Below are positions 7,771 through 16,648 of a stretch of DNA of 25,880 nt, in pieces. The DNA comes from Vulcanimicrobiaceae bacterium. GTDB taxonomy: Bacteria > Vulcanimicrobiota > Vulcanimicrobiia > Vulcanimicrobiales > Vulcanimicrobiaceae. Below the pieces are notes generated by a model, which did no database searches, was not told the origin of the DNA, and saw only the letters and a program-made list of their open reading frames with translations. Within the stretch, counting starts at the first letter, position 1. Each line of letters opens with the position of its first letter. Location: positions 11,603 to 37,482 of the forward strand of contig JBHEMM010000010.1 of NCBI GenBank assembly GCA_046262595.1. Direction: 5' to 3'. Position numbers and translations under genes: made by a program.

Positions 7771-8352
7771 ATGAGATTGATTCGCACGCAGCGGCTGCGC
7801 CTGGCTCCGGTCACTGCCGAGAACGCCGGCACCCTTTGGAACATTCTGCAGCAGCCCGATCTGCGCATGTATCAAGATCTTCCCACGGTGGGCGCGGCTG
7901 CGTTCGCGGATATGGTGAGCAAGCGGCCCCGCCACTTGCACCCCGGCGCGTCGGGGCGGTTCGAATGGCTTGTTTTCCTGGAACACGTGCGTAAGCCGGT
8001 GGGCTGGGTCTCCCTGCGCATCGCCGACCGCGAGCGAACCGTCGGCGAGATTGGGTACAGCATCGTGCGCGATTTCCGCGGTCAAGGCATTGCGAACGAG
8101 TCGGTGCGTGCGATGATGGACGAGGCCTTCGCTCAGGCAGCCCTCACGCGCATCAATGCCTATTGCGTGGCGGAAAACGCCGCTTCACGGCGCGTATTAA
8201 AACGCTTGGGCTTCCGCGAGGATGGCGTCATGACGCACGGCGCAACGGTCGCAGGCCAAGCCGTCGACGTGCTCACGCACCGTTACGAACGCGAGAAGTG
8301 GCTTCAATCGGGAAACTCGATCGTCACGCCCGCTTCGGCGTATCCCGCGTAG
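7771..8352 (+). CDS. GNAT acetyltransferase, RimJ/RimL family
   Basis: IRTQRLRL, EIGYSI..FRGQGIA and EN.ASRRVL.RLGF..DG motifs. Confidence 0.88.
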   Translation: MRLIRTQRLRLAPVTAENAGTLWNILQQPDLRMYQDLPTVGAAAFADMVSKRPRHLHPGASGRFEWLVFLEHVRKPVGWVSLRIADRERTVGEIGYSIVRDFRGQGIANESVRAMMDEAFAQAALTRINAYCVAENAASRRVLKRLGFREDGVMTHGATVAGQAVDVLTHRYEREKWLQSGNSIVTPASAYPA

Positions 8353-8759
8353 CCGGGCAGACTTGCGTTCAGGTAAGCGAGCAGCGGTTCGCGTACCACG
8401 CGCACCGCGATGCGCTCGCCGATTGCATCGAGCGGCGTCCATTCCACGCCGGTGACATGATCGCCGGGCTGCCGGCGCAGGTCGATCTCGCCTTGGGCGC
8501 CGACGGCGAACGTCGTATTGATGAAGTGCGCCGGACCGTCGAATGATTCGCTCACGTAACACAGCTCGCCCGCCGTTCCGTACAGGCCCGTTTCTTCGTG
8601 CAGTTCCCGTACCGCCGTTTGAGCGAGCAATTCGCCCGGCTGCTGCCGTCCGCCGGGCATGTTCCACAGCGGTTGCGCGTGATTCGGGTAGCGCGAAGCC
8701 ACTAAAAGAATGAAGCCTTCCCGGCGCACCAGGGCGGTTGCCAAGTGAATGCACTTCAT
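8304..8759 (-). CDS. NUDIX hydrolase
   Basis: Nudix box GGRQQPGELLAQTAVRELHEETG. ATGA overlap with the upstream glycosyltransferase stop. Confidence 0.9.
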   Translation of the reverse strand: MKCIHLATALVRREGFILLVASRYPNHAQPLWNMPGGRQQPGELLAQTAVRELHEETGLYGTAGELCYVSESFDGPAHFINTTFAVGAQGEIDLRRQPGDHVTGVEWTPLDAIGERIAVRVVREPLLAYLNASLPGYAGYAEAGVTIEFPD

Positions 8760-9787
8760 AACGCGTGAAAGATCTCCGCGTGGCGCTGCGCGCTGCGTTC
8801 CCAGCTGAACTGCCGCACGTGCTCGATCCCTTTCGCGCGCAGAGTCATGCGCAGGTCCCTATCGTTCGCGACGCGCTGCAGCGCGGCACTCCATGCCTGC
8901 GCGTCGTCCGCCGGAGCGTACAACGCCGCATCGCCCGCGATTTCGGGCAGACAACTGGCTTGCGAAGAAATCACGGGCGTGCCGCACGCCATCGCCTCAA
9001 GGAGCGGCATGCCGAAGCCTTCGTAGAGCGACGGAATACAGAGCGCCAGTGCGCCCCGGTAGAGATCGCGCAGGTGCGCATCGTCGGGACCGCCGCCCGC
9101 CGGCGGGCCGGCGTAGAAAACGCCGTCCATGGAGGGGCGTACGGGGCGCAGGACGACCAGGCGCGGCCGCGGCGCTGCGGGATCGAACGCGCGCCGGTAC
9201 GCTTCATACAGCAACGCGAAGTTCTTTCGCAGTTCGGCGAGCGGATCGCCCACAAAAATAAAGTACGGTTCACTCAGTTCGCGCGGCAGACCGGTCTGCG
9301 GCTCGCCCGGTGAGAAGATTGCGTCCACGCCGTGATAGATCACCTCGATGCGCGAGGGCGGAATGTGTAAAACATCGAGCAGCTCTTGCCGGTCGAAATG
9401 GGAGACCGCGATGACACGCTGCGCCTGACGCGCGGAACGCAAAAACGGTTCTTGCTCGTGCTTGCGTTTGCGCGCGTGTTTTTCCGGAAAGCGAAAGGGC
9501 CCGGCATCGTGAATTGTGACGACGTTGGCAGCCGTCGGCGAAAAAAACGTTCCGTTCGCCGGATGCCAAAGCACATCGCAGCCGAAGGCGCGCGAAGCGA
9601 GCCGGAATTTCTGCGAGTCGAGCGCCGCGGCGAGCTTGGCGCGCTGCGCGAGAACGGCCGGGCCGTACACCAGCAGCGTCAGATCGATGTCGTCGCGCTT
9701 GGCCAGTCGCGGAAGGATTGCCCGCGCGTAGCGGCCGATACCGCGCGTATCGGATGCGAGATCCCGTGCATCGACGGCCAGGCGCAC
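8756..9787 (-). CDS. Glycosyltransferase family 4 (GT-B)
   Basis: RLAVDAR...RGIGRYA, VVTIHD and PSLYEGFGMPLLEAMACGTPV. Start about GTG 9787/9790. Confidence 0.92.
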   Translation of the reverse strand: MRLAVDARDLASDTRGIGRYARAILPRLAKRDDIDLTLLVYGPAVLAQRAKLAAALDSQKFRLASRAFGCDVLWHPANGTFFSPTAANVVTIHDAGPFRFPEKHARKRKHEQEPFLRSARQAQRVIAVSHFDRQELLDVLHIPPSRIEVIYHGVDAIFSPGEPQTGLPRELSEPYFIFVGDPLAELRKNFALLYEAYRRAFDPAAPRPRLVVLRPVRPSMDGVFYAGPPAGGGPDDAHLRDLYRGALALCIPSLYEGFGMPLLEAMACGTPVISSQASCLPEIAGDAALYAPADDAQAWSAALQRVANDRDLRMTLRAKGIEHVRQFSWERSAQRHAEIFHAL

Positions 9788-9810
9788 CACATCCTTCACG
9801 AGGAGCCACG

Positions 9811-10728
9811 TTGGCGCAGCCCTTCCAGGAGTCCCCCGCAGCACCGCTGCGCGTCGCAGCGCATTTGATCGTCGGCCCGCGGGAAGAACCGTTCTTAGGC
9901 GCGCTTTGTGAATCGCTCAAAGACGCCTGCGACTTCCTGCTGGTGAACGACAATTCGCCCGAGCCGTCGCCGCATGCCGCCGTGCTCGCGCAAAGCGCAC
10001 TTGGCACGAGCGGACGGCTCGTGGTGGACCGCACGCCCTTTGCGAATTTTGCTGCCGCGCGAAACGTGTGCTTGCGGCTGCACCGGGAGCACGACGCGGG
10101 CGATTGGGTGATCGCCGTGGATGCGGACGACGTGCACAGCGAACGCGTCGCCGTTATTGCGCGGAACTTGCGCTTCGTTCCCGAGGACGTCGATTTCGTG
10201 GACGGCTACATCAGGCACTTTTTTCAATCGTTCGACTGGTACATGTCGATCGATCGCCACCGCTCGTTTTTCCGGTTCGCGCCGGAGTTGCGCTGGGAAC
10301 GCAGCGTCCACGAACAGCTGACGGGACTGCCCGGTAAACGCCTCGCGCTTCCGTACGTGTACTCCCATTACGGCTGGGTGGTTCCCGCCCAGCTGCATGC
10401 CGACAAGCTGCGGCAATATCAAGGTCTGGGCGCCCCTGAGGAGACGTTGGACAGCACGCTGGCGCGAGTGCGGACCGGTTCGTATGTCTCGTTCTCGAAG
10501 CGCTGGGGCAGCGCTATCCGGTTTGCGTCGGCTCATCCGCCGGCGGCGCGTGCGACGATCGCGCGCATCCGCCTCGAGCGCGGTCCGGAATTCGAGCAAG
10601 TGGAGGCGCTCATTCACGCGCATCAATCGTTTCCGGTTCGCGCGCGCAATGCGCTGATGCGCTGGAATTACGAGATGCGGTGGCGCGGGCGCGCGCTCAA
10701 CCCGCTGGCGCGCCGGCTTCTCGCATAA
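9811..10728 (+). CDS. Glycosyltransferase family 2-like (GT-A) protein
   Basis: LLVND, FAAARN, VDADD (DxD) and VHEQL motifs. TTG 9811 is preceded by AGGAG. Confidence 0.78.
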   Translation: MAQPFQESPAAPLRVAAHLIVGPREEPFLGALCESLKDACDFLLVNDNSPEPSPHAAVLAQSALGTSGRLVVDRTPFANFAAARNVCLRLHREHDAGDWVIAVDADDVHSERVAVIARNLRFVPEDVDFVDGYIRHFFQSFDWYMSIDRHRSFFRFAPELRWERSVHEQLTGLPGKRLALPYVYSHYGWVVPAQLHADKLRQYQGLGAPEETLDSTLARVRTGSYVSFSKRWGSAIRFASAHPPAARATIARIRLERGPEFEQVEALIHAHQSFPVRARNALMRWNYEMRWRGRALNPLARRLLA

Positions 10729-11734
10729 TCGCAGCCGCAAAGGCGTCGACATCAGCCGCGTCCGTCGCATGGTGCGTCATCCAGCGCACTTCCGCCGCGG
10801 TCTCGTCGAAAACGTAGAAAAAGAACTCCTCTTGCAGCCGCGCGATTGCCGCGCGCGGCAGCGTTGCGAAGATGGCGTTGCATTGAACCGGCCGCGTGAT
10901 CTGCACCGCACCGCAGGCCCGCAGCCGCTCTTCCAGACGCTTGGCCATGGCGTTCGCGTGCAGCGCGTAGCGCAGCCAGCGCTGCCCCTCCATCAGTGCC
11001 AAGAACTGCGCCGAAATATAGCGCATCTTCGAGGCCAGCTGCATGCCTTGCTTGCGCGCAAAGCGAGCGGCGCCGCCGTGCAGCTGCGGATTGAAAAAGA
11101 CGATCGCCTCGCCGAACAGCAGGCCGTTCTTCGTTCCGCCGAACGTCAGCACGTCCACGCCTACATCGCGCGTGCATGCTTTCAGATCCGTCTGCAGAGC
11201 GGCAGCCGCATTGCCGATGCGCGCGCCGTCCACGTGCACGTACCAGCCGCTGCCGTGCGCGAAGTCGCACAGCTCGCGCAGCTCGTCCGGCGTGTAGAGC
11301 GTGCCGTATTCGGTGGATTGCGAGATCGATACCACGCGGGGGACGACATGATGCTCGTCGCGGGGCTCGCCCGCGAAGCTGCGCAGATGGTCTATGCCGA
11401 TCTTGCCGTTGACGGCTGCGACCGGCAGCACTTTGCACCCGGTGAAGCGTTCGAAGGCGCCGCATTCGTCGGTTTGCAGATGCGAACTTGCCGGCGTGAT
11501 GACGGCTTCGTATGGTTTGGTCAAACAGCTCAGGGCAACGACGTTCGCGCCGGTCCCGTTAAACGCGAAGAGCGCTTCCGTCCCGCCGCCGAAGATGTCG
11601 TCGAACCGTGCGGCGGCACGCCTGGTCCATTCATCACCGCCGTACGAAACGGCATCGCCGGCATTGGCGTCGATCAGCGCCTGAAGCACTTCAGGCGCCG
11701 CCGGAGCGTTGTTGTCGCTGGCAAAGGTTCGCAT
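10697..11734 (-). CDS. ltaE: Low-specificity L-threonine aldolase
   Basis: FASDN, NGTGAN, HVDGAR and GGTKNG (PLP lysine). Confidence 0.92.
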   Translation of the reverse strand: MRTFASDNNAPAAPEVLQALIDANAGDAVSYGGDEWTRRAAARFDDIFGGGTEALFAFNGTGANVVALSCLTKPYEAVITPASSHLQTDECGAFERFTGCKVLPVAAVNGKIGIDHLRSFAGEPRDEHHVVPRVVSISQSTEYGTLYTPDELRELCDFAHGSGWYVHVDGARIGNAAAALQTDLKACTRDVGVDVLTFGGTKNGLLFGEAIVFFNPQLHGGAARFARKQGMQLASKMRYISAQFLALMEGQRWLRYALHANAMAKRLEERLRACGAVQITRPVQCNAIFATLPRAAIARLQEEFFFYVFDETAAEVRWMTHHATDAADVDAFAAAIMREAGAPAG

Positions 11735-11757
11735 GTGGGTACGTTACTGCCGAGCTG

Positions 11758-12468
11758 ATGATGAAAAACCTGCTGCTGGACGTGCTGCCCGAAGCGGAAC
11801 GCAAACGGATCGCCCCGTACTGCGAAACCATCCCGCTCGTAATGCACGAGACACTGCATCACGCGGACGCACCCGTCGACTACGTTTGGTTTCCGCACTC
11901 CGGCGTCTGCTCGAGCTTGGTTCACGTTTCGAGCGGCGAGGCCGTCGAAGTCGCGCTCGTCGGCCGCGAAGGCATGACCGGTCTGCCGCTGGTGCTCGGC
12001 GGCTTCGCAACGCCGTTTCACGTGATCGTGCAGGCTCCCGGAACCGCCACGCGAATCGCGCGCGAACCGTTCGTGCACGACGTGCTCCACGGCGGCCATC
12101 CGTTGTGCGGCGCCTTGCTCAAATATGCGAACCTGTATATGGCGACCGTTGCTCAAACCGCCGCCTGCAACCGCCTGCACCGGATCGAACAGCGGCTCGC
12201 GCGTTGGATCTTGGACATGCGCGTGCGCATGGACGAACCGGTCCTGCCCATCACGCATGAGATGCTCGGACTGATGGTGGGTTCGTACCGGCCATCAATA
12301 ACCAACGCACTGAGCGCGATGGAAGATCGCGGTATCGTGCGCGCCGGGCGCGGAAAATTGACGGTCACCGATCAATCGGCGCTCGAGCAGCAGGCCTGTG
12401 AGTGTCACCGGGCGATGAAGGCGCGCACGGCCGATACGCTCGACCGGATCCGCACGATGGCGGCATAA
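11758..12468 (+). CDS. Crp/Fnr-family transcriptional regulator
   Basis: VGREGM cNMP-like domain, AQTAACNRLH.IEQRLARW and HTH segment ITHEMLGLMVG..RPSIT. Confidence 0.9.
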   Translation: MMKNLLLDVLPEAERKRIAPYCETIPLVMHETLHHADAPVDYVWFPHSGVCSSLVHVSSGEAVEVALVGREGMTGLPLVLGGFATPFHVIVQAPGTATRIAREPFVHDVLHGGHPLCGALLKYANLYMATVAQTAACNRLHRIEQRLARWILDMRVRMDEPVLPITHEMLGLMVGSYRPSITNALSAMEDRGIVRAGRGKLTVTDQSALEQQACECHRAMKARTADTLDRIRTMAA

Positions 12469-12481
12469 CGGAATCGGCGCT

Positions 12482-13975
12482 TTATTCCGCGGCGATCACC
12501 GCGGCGGTGCTTGGGGCCCGGCGCGAGGGGCGCATGAAAATAACCAGCGGCGTGCAGACGAAGAAGATGATCGCGCACAGGCGGAACAGGTAGTCGTAGC
12601 TGATCACTTGGGCGGATGTCGCAACCAGACCATTGAGCGTGGCGATCGAGTATCCGTGCGTTTGCGTCACGCCGCCCGCCAAATTGTTTTGCGCGATCGC
12701 CGCTTCACGGGCGAGCAGTGTGGTGAGGATCGCGATGCCGAAGCTGCCGCCGATCTGGCGCAGCAGCGTCGAGACGCCGGTCGCTCCGGCGAGTTCCGCG
12801 CGGGGAACGGCCCCGAGCATCACCGTCGAAAGCGGAACAAACAGAAAGCCTAAGCCGAACCCCTGCACCAGGCGCGGCCAGAAGACGTCCCAGTAGCCGG
12901 CGGTTTCATTCAAGCCGCCCATCATCCACGTCGCCCATCCGAAGACGAGCATACCGAAACCGACCAGGATGCGCGGATCGATCTTGTTGACCAAGCGGCC
13001 CACGATCAGCATACTGATTGCGGTCGAAATGGCTCCCGGAAGCAGCGCCATGCCGGTGTCGAACGCGGTGAAGCCCAGAATCGATTGGAAAAACAGCGGC
13101 AGGATCAGACTGGTTCCGAACAGCCCGAAACCGCTAATGACGCCGATCACGTTGCCGATCGTAAACGTGCGGAAGCGAAAGACGTTCAGATCGACGAGCG
13201 GATGGCGGTCGTGCAGCGTCTTGTAAATGAACCACCCCAGCGAGAGTACCGCCAGGATCGTCAGGATCCAAATCGCGTTCGACTGGTACCAATCGTCGTG
13301 CTGGCCGCGCTCCAGAACATATTGCAAGCTCGCGAGACCTGCCGTGAGCAGTCCCAGGCCGAGCCAATCGACGCCGCCTTTCGGCTTCGCTAGAAAATGT
13401 GGGTTCGGAATGAACATCATCGTCATGACCGTTGCGATGATGCCGATGGGCAAGTTGATGAAGAAGATCAGCGGCCACGAGAAATTGTCGACGATCCAAC
13501 CGCCCAGCGTGGGCCCGACCGCCGGGCCCACCATCGCGCCCAACCCGAAGATCGCCATCGCCGCGCCGCGCTTGGCGGGCGGGTACGTTTCGAAAAGAAT
13601 CGCTTGCGCGGTCGGCTGGAGGGCGCCGCCGCCGAAGCCTTGCAGCACGCGGTAAAAAACGAGCACCCAAATGCTGCGCGCCGTGCCGCATAGAAACGAC
13701 GCGATCGTGAAGATCACAAGACAGCCGGCGTAAAAGTTCTTGCGGCCGAAGTAGGCGGTGAGCCACCCGTTGAGCGGCATGACGATGACGCTCGCAAGGA
13801 TGTAGCCCGTTGCGACCCATGAAACTTCGTCGATCGACGCGCCCAAGTTTCCGGCGATGTTCGTGAGCGCAACGTTGACAATCGTCGCATCGATGATCGC
13901 CATGATGAGCCCAAGCATAACCGTAATCGTGATGAGCGCGCGTGGTGCGTCCGGACGCGCTCGCATTGCATGCAT
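12482..13975 (-). CDS. DHA2 (EmrB/QacA) MFS efflux transporter
   Basis: IDATIVNVAL, RVLQGFGGG, GPAVGPTLGG and IFFINLPIG motifs; many TM helices. Start may be ATG 13966. Confidence 0.92.
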   Translation of the reverse strand: MHAMRARPDAPRALITITVMLGLIMAIIDATIVNVALTNIAGNLGASIDEVSWVATGYILASVIVMPLNGWLTAYFGRKNFYAGCLVIFTIASFLCGTARSIWVLVFYRVLQGFGGGALQPTAQAILFETYPPAKRGAAMAIFGLGAMVGPAVGPTLGGWIVDNFSWPLIFFINLPIGIIATVMTMMFIPNPHFLAKPKGGVDWLGLGLLTAGLASLQYVLERGQHDDWYQSNAIWILTILAVLSLGWFIYKTLHDRHPLVDLNVFRFRTFTIGNVIGVISGFGLFGTSLILPLFFQSILGFTAFDTGMALLPGAISTAISMLIVGRLVNKIDPRILVGFGMLVFGWATWMMGGLNETAGYWDVFWPRLVQGFGLGFLFVPLSTVMLGAVPRAELAGATGVSTLLRQIGGSFGIAILTTLLAREAAIAQNNLAGGVTQTHGYSIATLNGLVATSAQVISYDYLFRLCAIIFFVCTPLVIFMRPSRRAPSTAAVIAAE

Positions 13976-14073
13976 TTCTGCGCGGCGTATACCGCGGAAC
14001 GCAACGCCCGGCCTTCAAGGCGTTCCCGAGCGGTGCCGGGCGGAAAAGCGGAACGCTTCCCGAAGAGTTAGGC

Positions 14074-15966
14074 GTGCCGAAGTGTGTCATTCGCCTCGCC
14101 TATATTTGTAGCATAGCGCTTGCGCTGTGCCTGTTCGGTGGTTCACGCAGCCGCGCGGATACCGACGAAACGACGCGCGGCGTAAACCCGGCGACCGTGG
14201 GTCTCCAGCCGATTCGCGGCCCGATGCCCCTCTCGACGGCTGCGCCCGGCGAGCCGCGCCTCGTCCGCCGCGAGGACGGGACGTTTGCCGCTCCGCCGCA
14301 GACCGTGCGCGGAGCAGCGGTCTTCACCCTTGTCGAGCGGGATGCGCCCTGGACATTGAACGCCGGCCTGAGCGTCATGGCCAAAACGTACGACGGCGTT
14401 GTGCCGGGGCCGACGCTCGTCGTGCGCCAAGGCGAGCGCGTGGTCATCGTTTACCGGAACGCGCAAAGCGTCCCGGACACGCTGCACCTGCACGGCATTC
14501 ATGGAGCGCCGGTGGAGATGGACGGTGTGGGCGGAATCTCCCAGCCGATGGTGATGCAGGGCGGCAGCTACCGTTACGCTTTCACGGCCAACGAGCCGGG
14601 CACGTTCATCTATCACTCGCACGACAACGAAGAGATGGTGAACAGCGGCTTGTACGGGGCAATCATCGTGCTCCCCTCGCATCCGCGTGCCGGGGAGCGC
14701 GCCGACCGCGATGACGTGGAGATGATTTCATCGTGGTCCATCCAAAGCGTGAGCGAAAACCATTTCACGCTCAACGGCAAAGAGTATCCGCAAACCGCGC
14801 CGATTGAAGTACGCGCCGGTCAGCGCGTGCGGCTGCGCTGGATCAACATGTCCGGCGAGAACGTGCATACGATGCACACACATGGACACGATCAGCGCAT
14901 TATCGCGCGCGATGCGCGGCCGCTGTCGTACGAAGACGTGCAGGACACGGTGATGCTCGGCCCCGGACAGCGGGCCGATACGATCGTGCAGGCAAACGCG
15001 CGTCCCGGCACGTGGCTGGTGCATTGCCACGTGCTCGATCACATCGAAGACAGCGCAGGCATGCCGGACGGCCTGATCACGGCCATTCATTATGCCGGCA
15101 CGCCTGAAAAGGCGGCAGCGATGAACGATGCGATGCGCTCGATGCTGCCGAGCTTCACAAGCGCAAAACCGCGCCCGCTGTCCTTCGGATGGACGGCGCT
15201 GCTCGGGGCGATTTCCGGATTGACGATTTTCTTGGGCCTGCCCATCGCGCGGATGCGCAACGTTTCGGCGCAGTTCATCGGCGCGCTCAACGCCATCGCG
15301 ATCGGCATTTTGGTCTACCTCGTGGTCGAGATCGCCGGCAACGCCACCGCGCCGCTCACTTCAGCGCTGCAGGACTGGCATTATGCGCACGCGCCGCTTG
15401 CGCCGGTGCTTTGGCTTGCCGCAGCGTATGCGGGCGGATTGTTCGCGGGTCTGGCCGGTTTGGGCGTCATGGCGGCGCGCATGACGAAACGCGCAGCCTC
15501 GGGAAAGCACGATCCGTACGTGCTGGCATCGATCATCGCATGCGGCATCGGTGCGCACAATTTCGCCGAAGGGCTGGCCATCGGGACGTCGGCGGCATCC
15601 GGCGCGACGGCGATAGCGCTCGGTTTGATTGTCGGTTTTGCTTTACACAATGCGACGGAAGGCTTCGGCATTGCCGCGCCGCTCGTCGGCCGACTTACGC
15701 CCAAGCGGCGCGAGTTGTTGTTAGCGGGTGTGGTTGCCGGCGGCCCGACGTTTCTGGGCACGATTGCGGGCTATACGTTCCACTCGCCGGTGCTCTCCGT
15801 GTTGTTCCTCGCAACCGCGGTCGGCGCTTTAGTGTACGTGATCGGCGAGTTGTGGAGCGTGCTGCGCCGCAGCCCCGGCATCACGGCGGTGATGACCACG
15901 ATGCTGGCATGCGGTTTCTTCATTGCGCTGGGCACGGAGCTGCTTGTGGACCTCAACGGCGGATAG
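14074..15966 (+). CDS. Fusion of a secreted two-domain multicopper oxidase and a ZIP-family metal transporter
   Basis: Signal-like N-terminus from GTG 14074. MCO motifs HLHG, YHSH, HTMHTHGH and HCHVLDH are followed by a multi-TM domain with ZIP motifs AHNFAEG and LHNATEG. No stop between the domains. Confidence 0.88.
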   Translation: MPKCVIRLAYICSIALALCLFGGSRSRADTDETTRGVNPATVGLQPIRGPMPLSTAAPGEPRLVRREDGTFAAPPQTVRGAAVFTLVERDAPWTLNAGLSVMAKTYDGVVPGPTLVVRQGERVVIVYRNAQSVPDTLHLHGIHGAPVEMDGVGGISQPMVMQGGSYRYAFTANEPGTFIYHSHDNEEMVNSGLYGAIIVLPSHPRAGERADRDDVEMISSWSIQSVSENHFTLNGKEYPQTAPIEVRAGQRVRLRWINMSGENVHTMHTHGHDQRIIARDARPLSYEDVQDTVMLGPGQRADTIVQANARPGTWLVHCHVLDHIEDSAGMPDGLITAIHYAGTPEKAAAMNDAMRSMLPSFTSAKPRPLSFGWTALLGAISGLTIFLGLPIARMRNVSAQFIGALNAIAIGILVYLVVEIAGNATAPLTSALQDWHYAHAPLAPVLWLAAAYAGGLFAGLAGLGVMAARMTKRAASGKHDPYVLASIIACGIGAHNFAEGLAIGTSAASGATAIALGLIVGFALHNATEGFGIAAPLVGRLTPKRRELLLAGVVAGGPTFLGTIAGYTFHSPVLSVLFLATAVGALVYVIGELWSVLRRSPGITAVMTTMLACGFFIALGTELLVDLNGG

Positions 15967-15994
15967 AGCGGCCGCCGGGCGGGAAAAAGAAACC

Positions 15995-16648
15995 ATGAAG
16001 ATTGGAATCATCGGCTCCGGAAACATCGGCCAAGCACTCGGACGGCTGTGGGCAAAGAAGGGCCACAAAATCTATTACAGTTTCTCGCACGACAAGTCGA
16101 ACCTGGAAAATCTTGCGCGCGAGAGCGGCAACGATTCGCAGCCGTCGACGCCATACGACGCCGTCCGCTGCGCGGAGATCGTGCTGTTTTCTCCGCCGTG
16201 GACGGAAGTGGACGAAGCGATCAAGCAAGTGGGGCGGTTCGAAGGCCAAGTCGTTATCGATACGACGAATCCGTTTGTCAACGACCAGATGAACGTTCAA
16301 GAGTTCGACGAAGGCGATTCCTCGAGCCAGTGCATTCAGCGCAAACTCGGCGACGCCAAAGTGATCAAGGCGTTCAACACGCTCAAGGCGCAAACGCTGC
16401 AGAGCAAAAGCGGCACGGGGCTTGTCGTTTTTGTTGCCGGCGACGATGCGGTGGCGAAAGCCACCGTCTGCGAACTGGTTGAAGATGCCGGATTCGCGCC
16501 GTACGACGCGGGCACGCTCGTCGAGGGCAAGAATCAAGAGCCCGGCACGGACCGCTTCTTGAAAGAACTGACGCGCGAACAAGTCGATGCACCGCGCGCG
16601 ACGACCGGCGAGATCGATCTCGACCAGCCCATTCGCAAATATTCGTGA
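15995..16648 (+). CDS. NADP-dependent oxidoreductase (F420 oxidoreductase/YfjR-like family)
   Basis: MKIGIIGSGNIG Rossmann motif, VIDTTNP, VIKAFNTL and AGDD..AK. Confidence 0.85.
   Translation: MKIGIIGSGNIGQALGRLWAKKGHKIYYSFSHDKSNLENLARESGNDSQPSTPYDAVRCAEIVLFSPPWTEVDEAIKQVGRFEGQVVIDTTNPFVNDQMNVQEFDEGDSSSQCIQRKLGDAKVIKAFNTLKAQTLQSKSGTGLVVFVAGDDAVAKATVCELVEDAGFAPYDAGTLVEGKNQEPGTDRFLKELTREQVDAPRATTGEIDLDQPIRKYS

Noticed and set aside
13981..14060. Structured leader or metal riboswitch upstream of the MCO-ZIP gene (CGCCCGGC/GCCGGGCG stem at 14005-14042)
   Set aside because: No yybP-ykoY or NiCo consensus that I can recognise, and short GC stems are expected by chance. An Rfam/Infernal scan would settle it.
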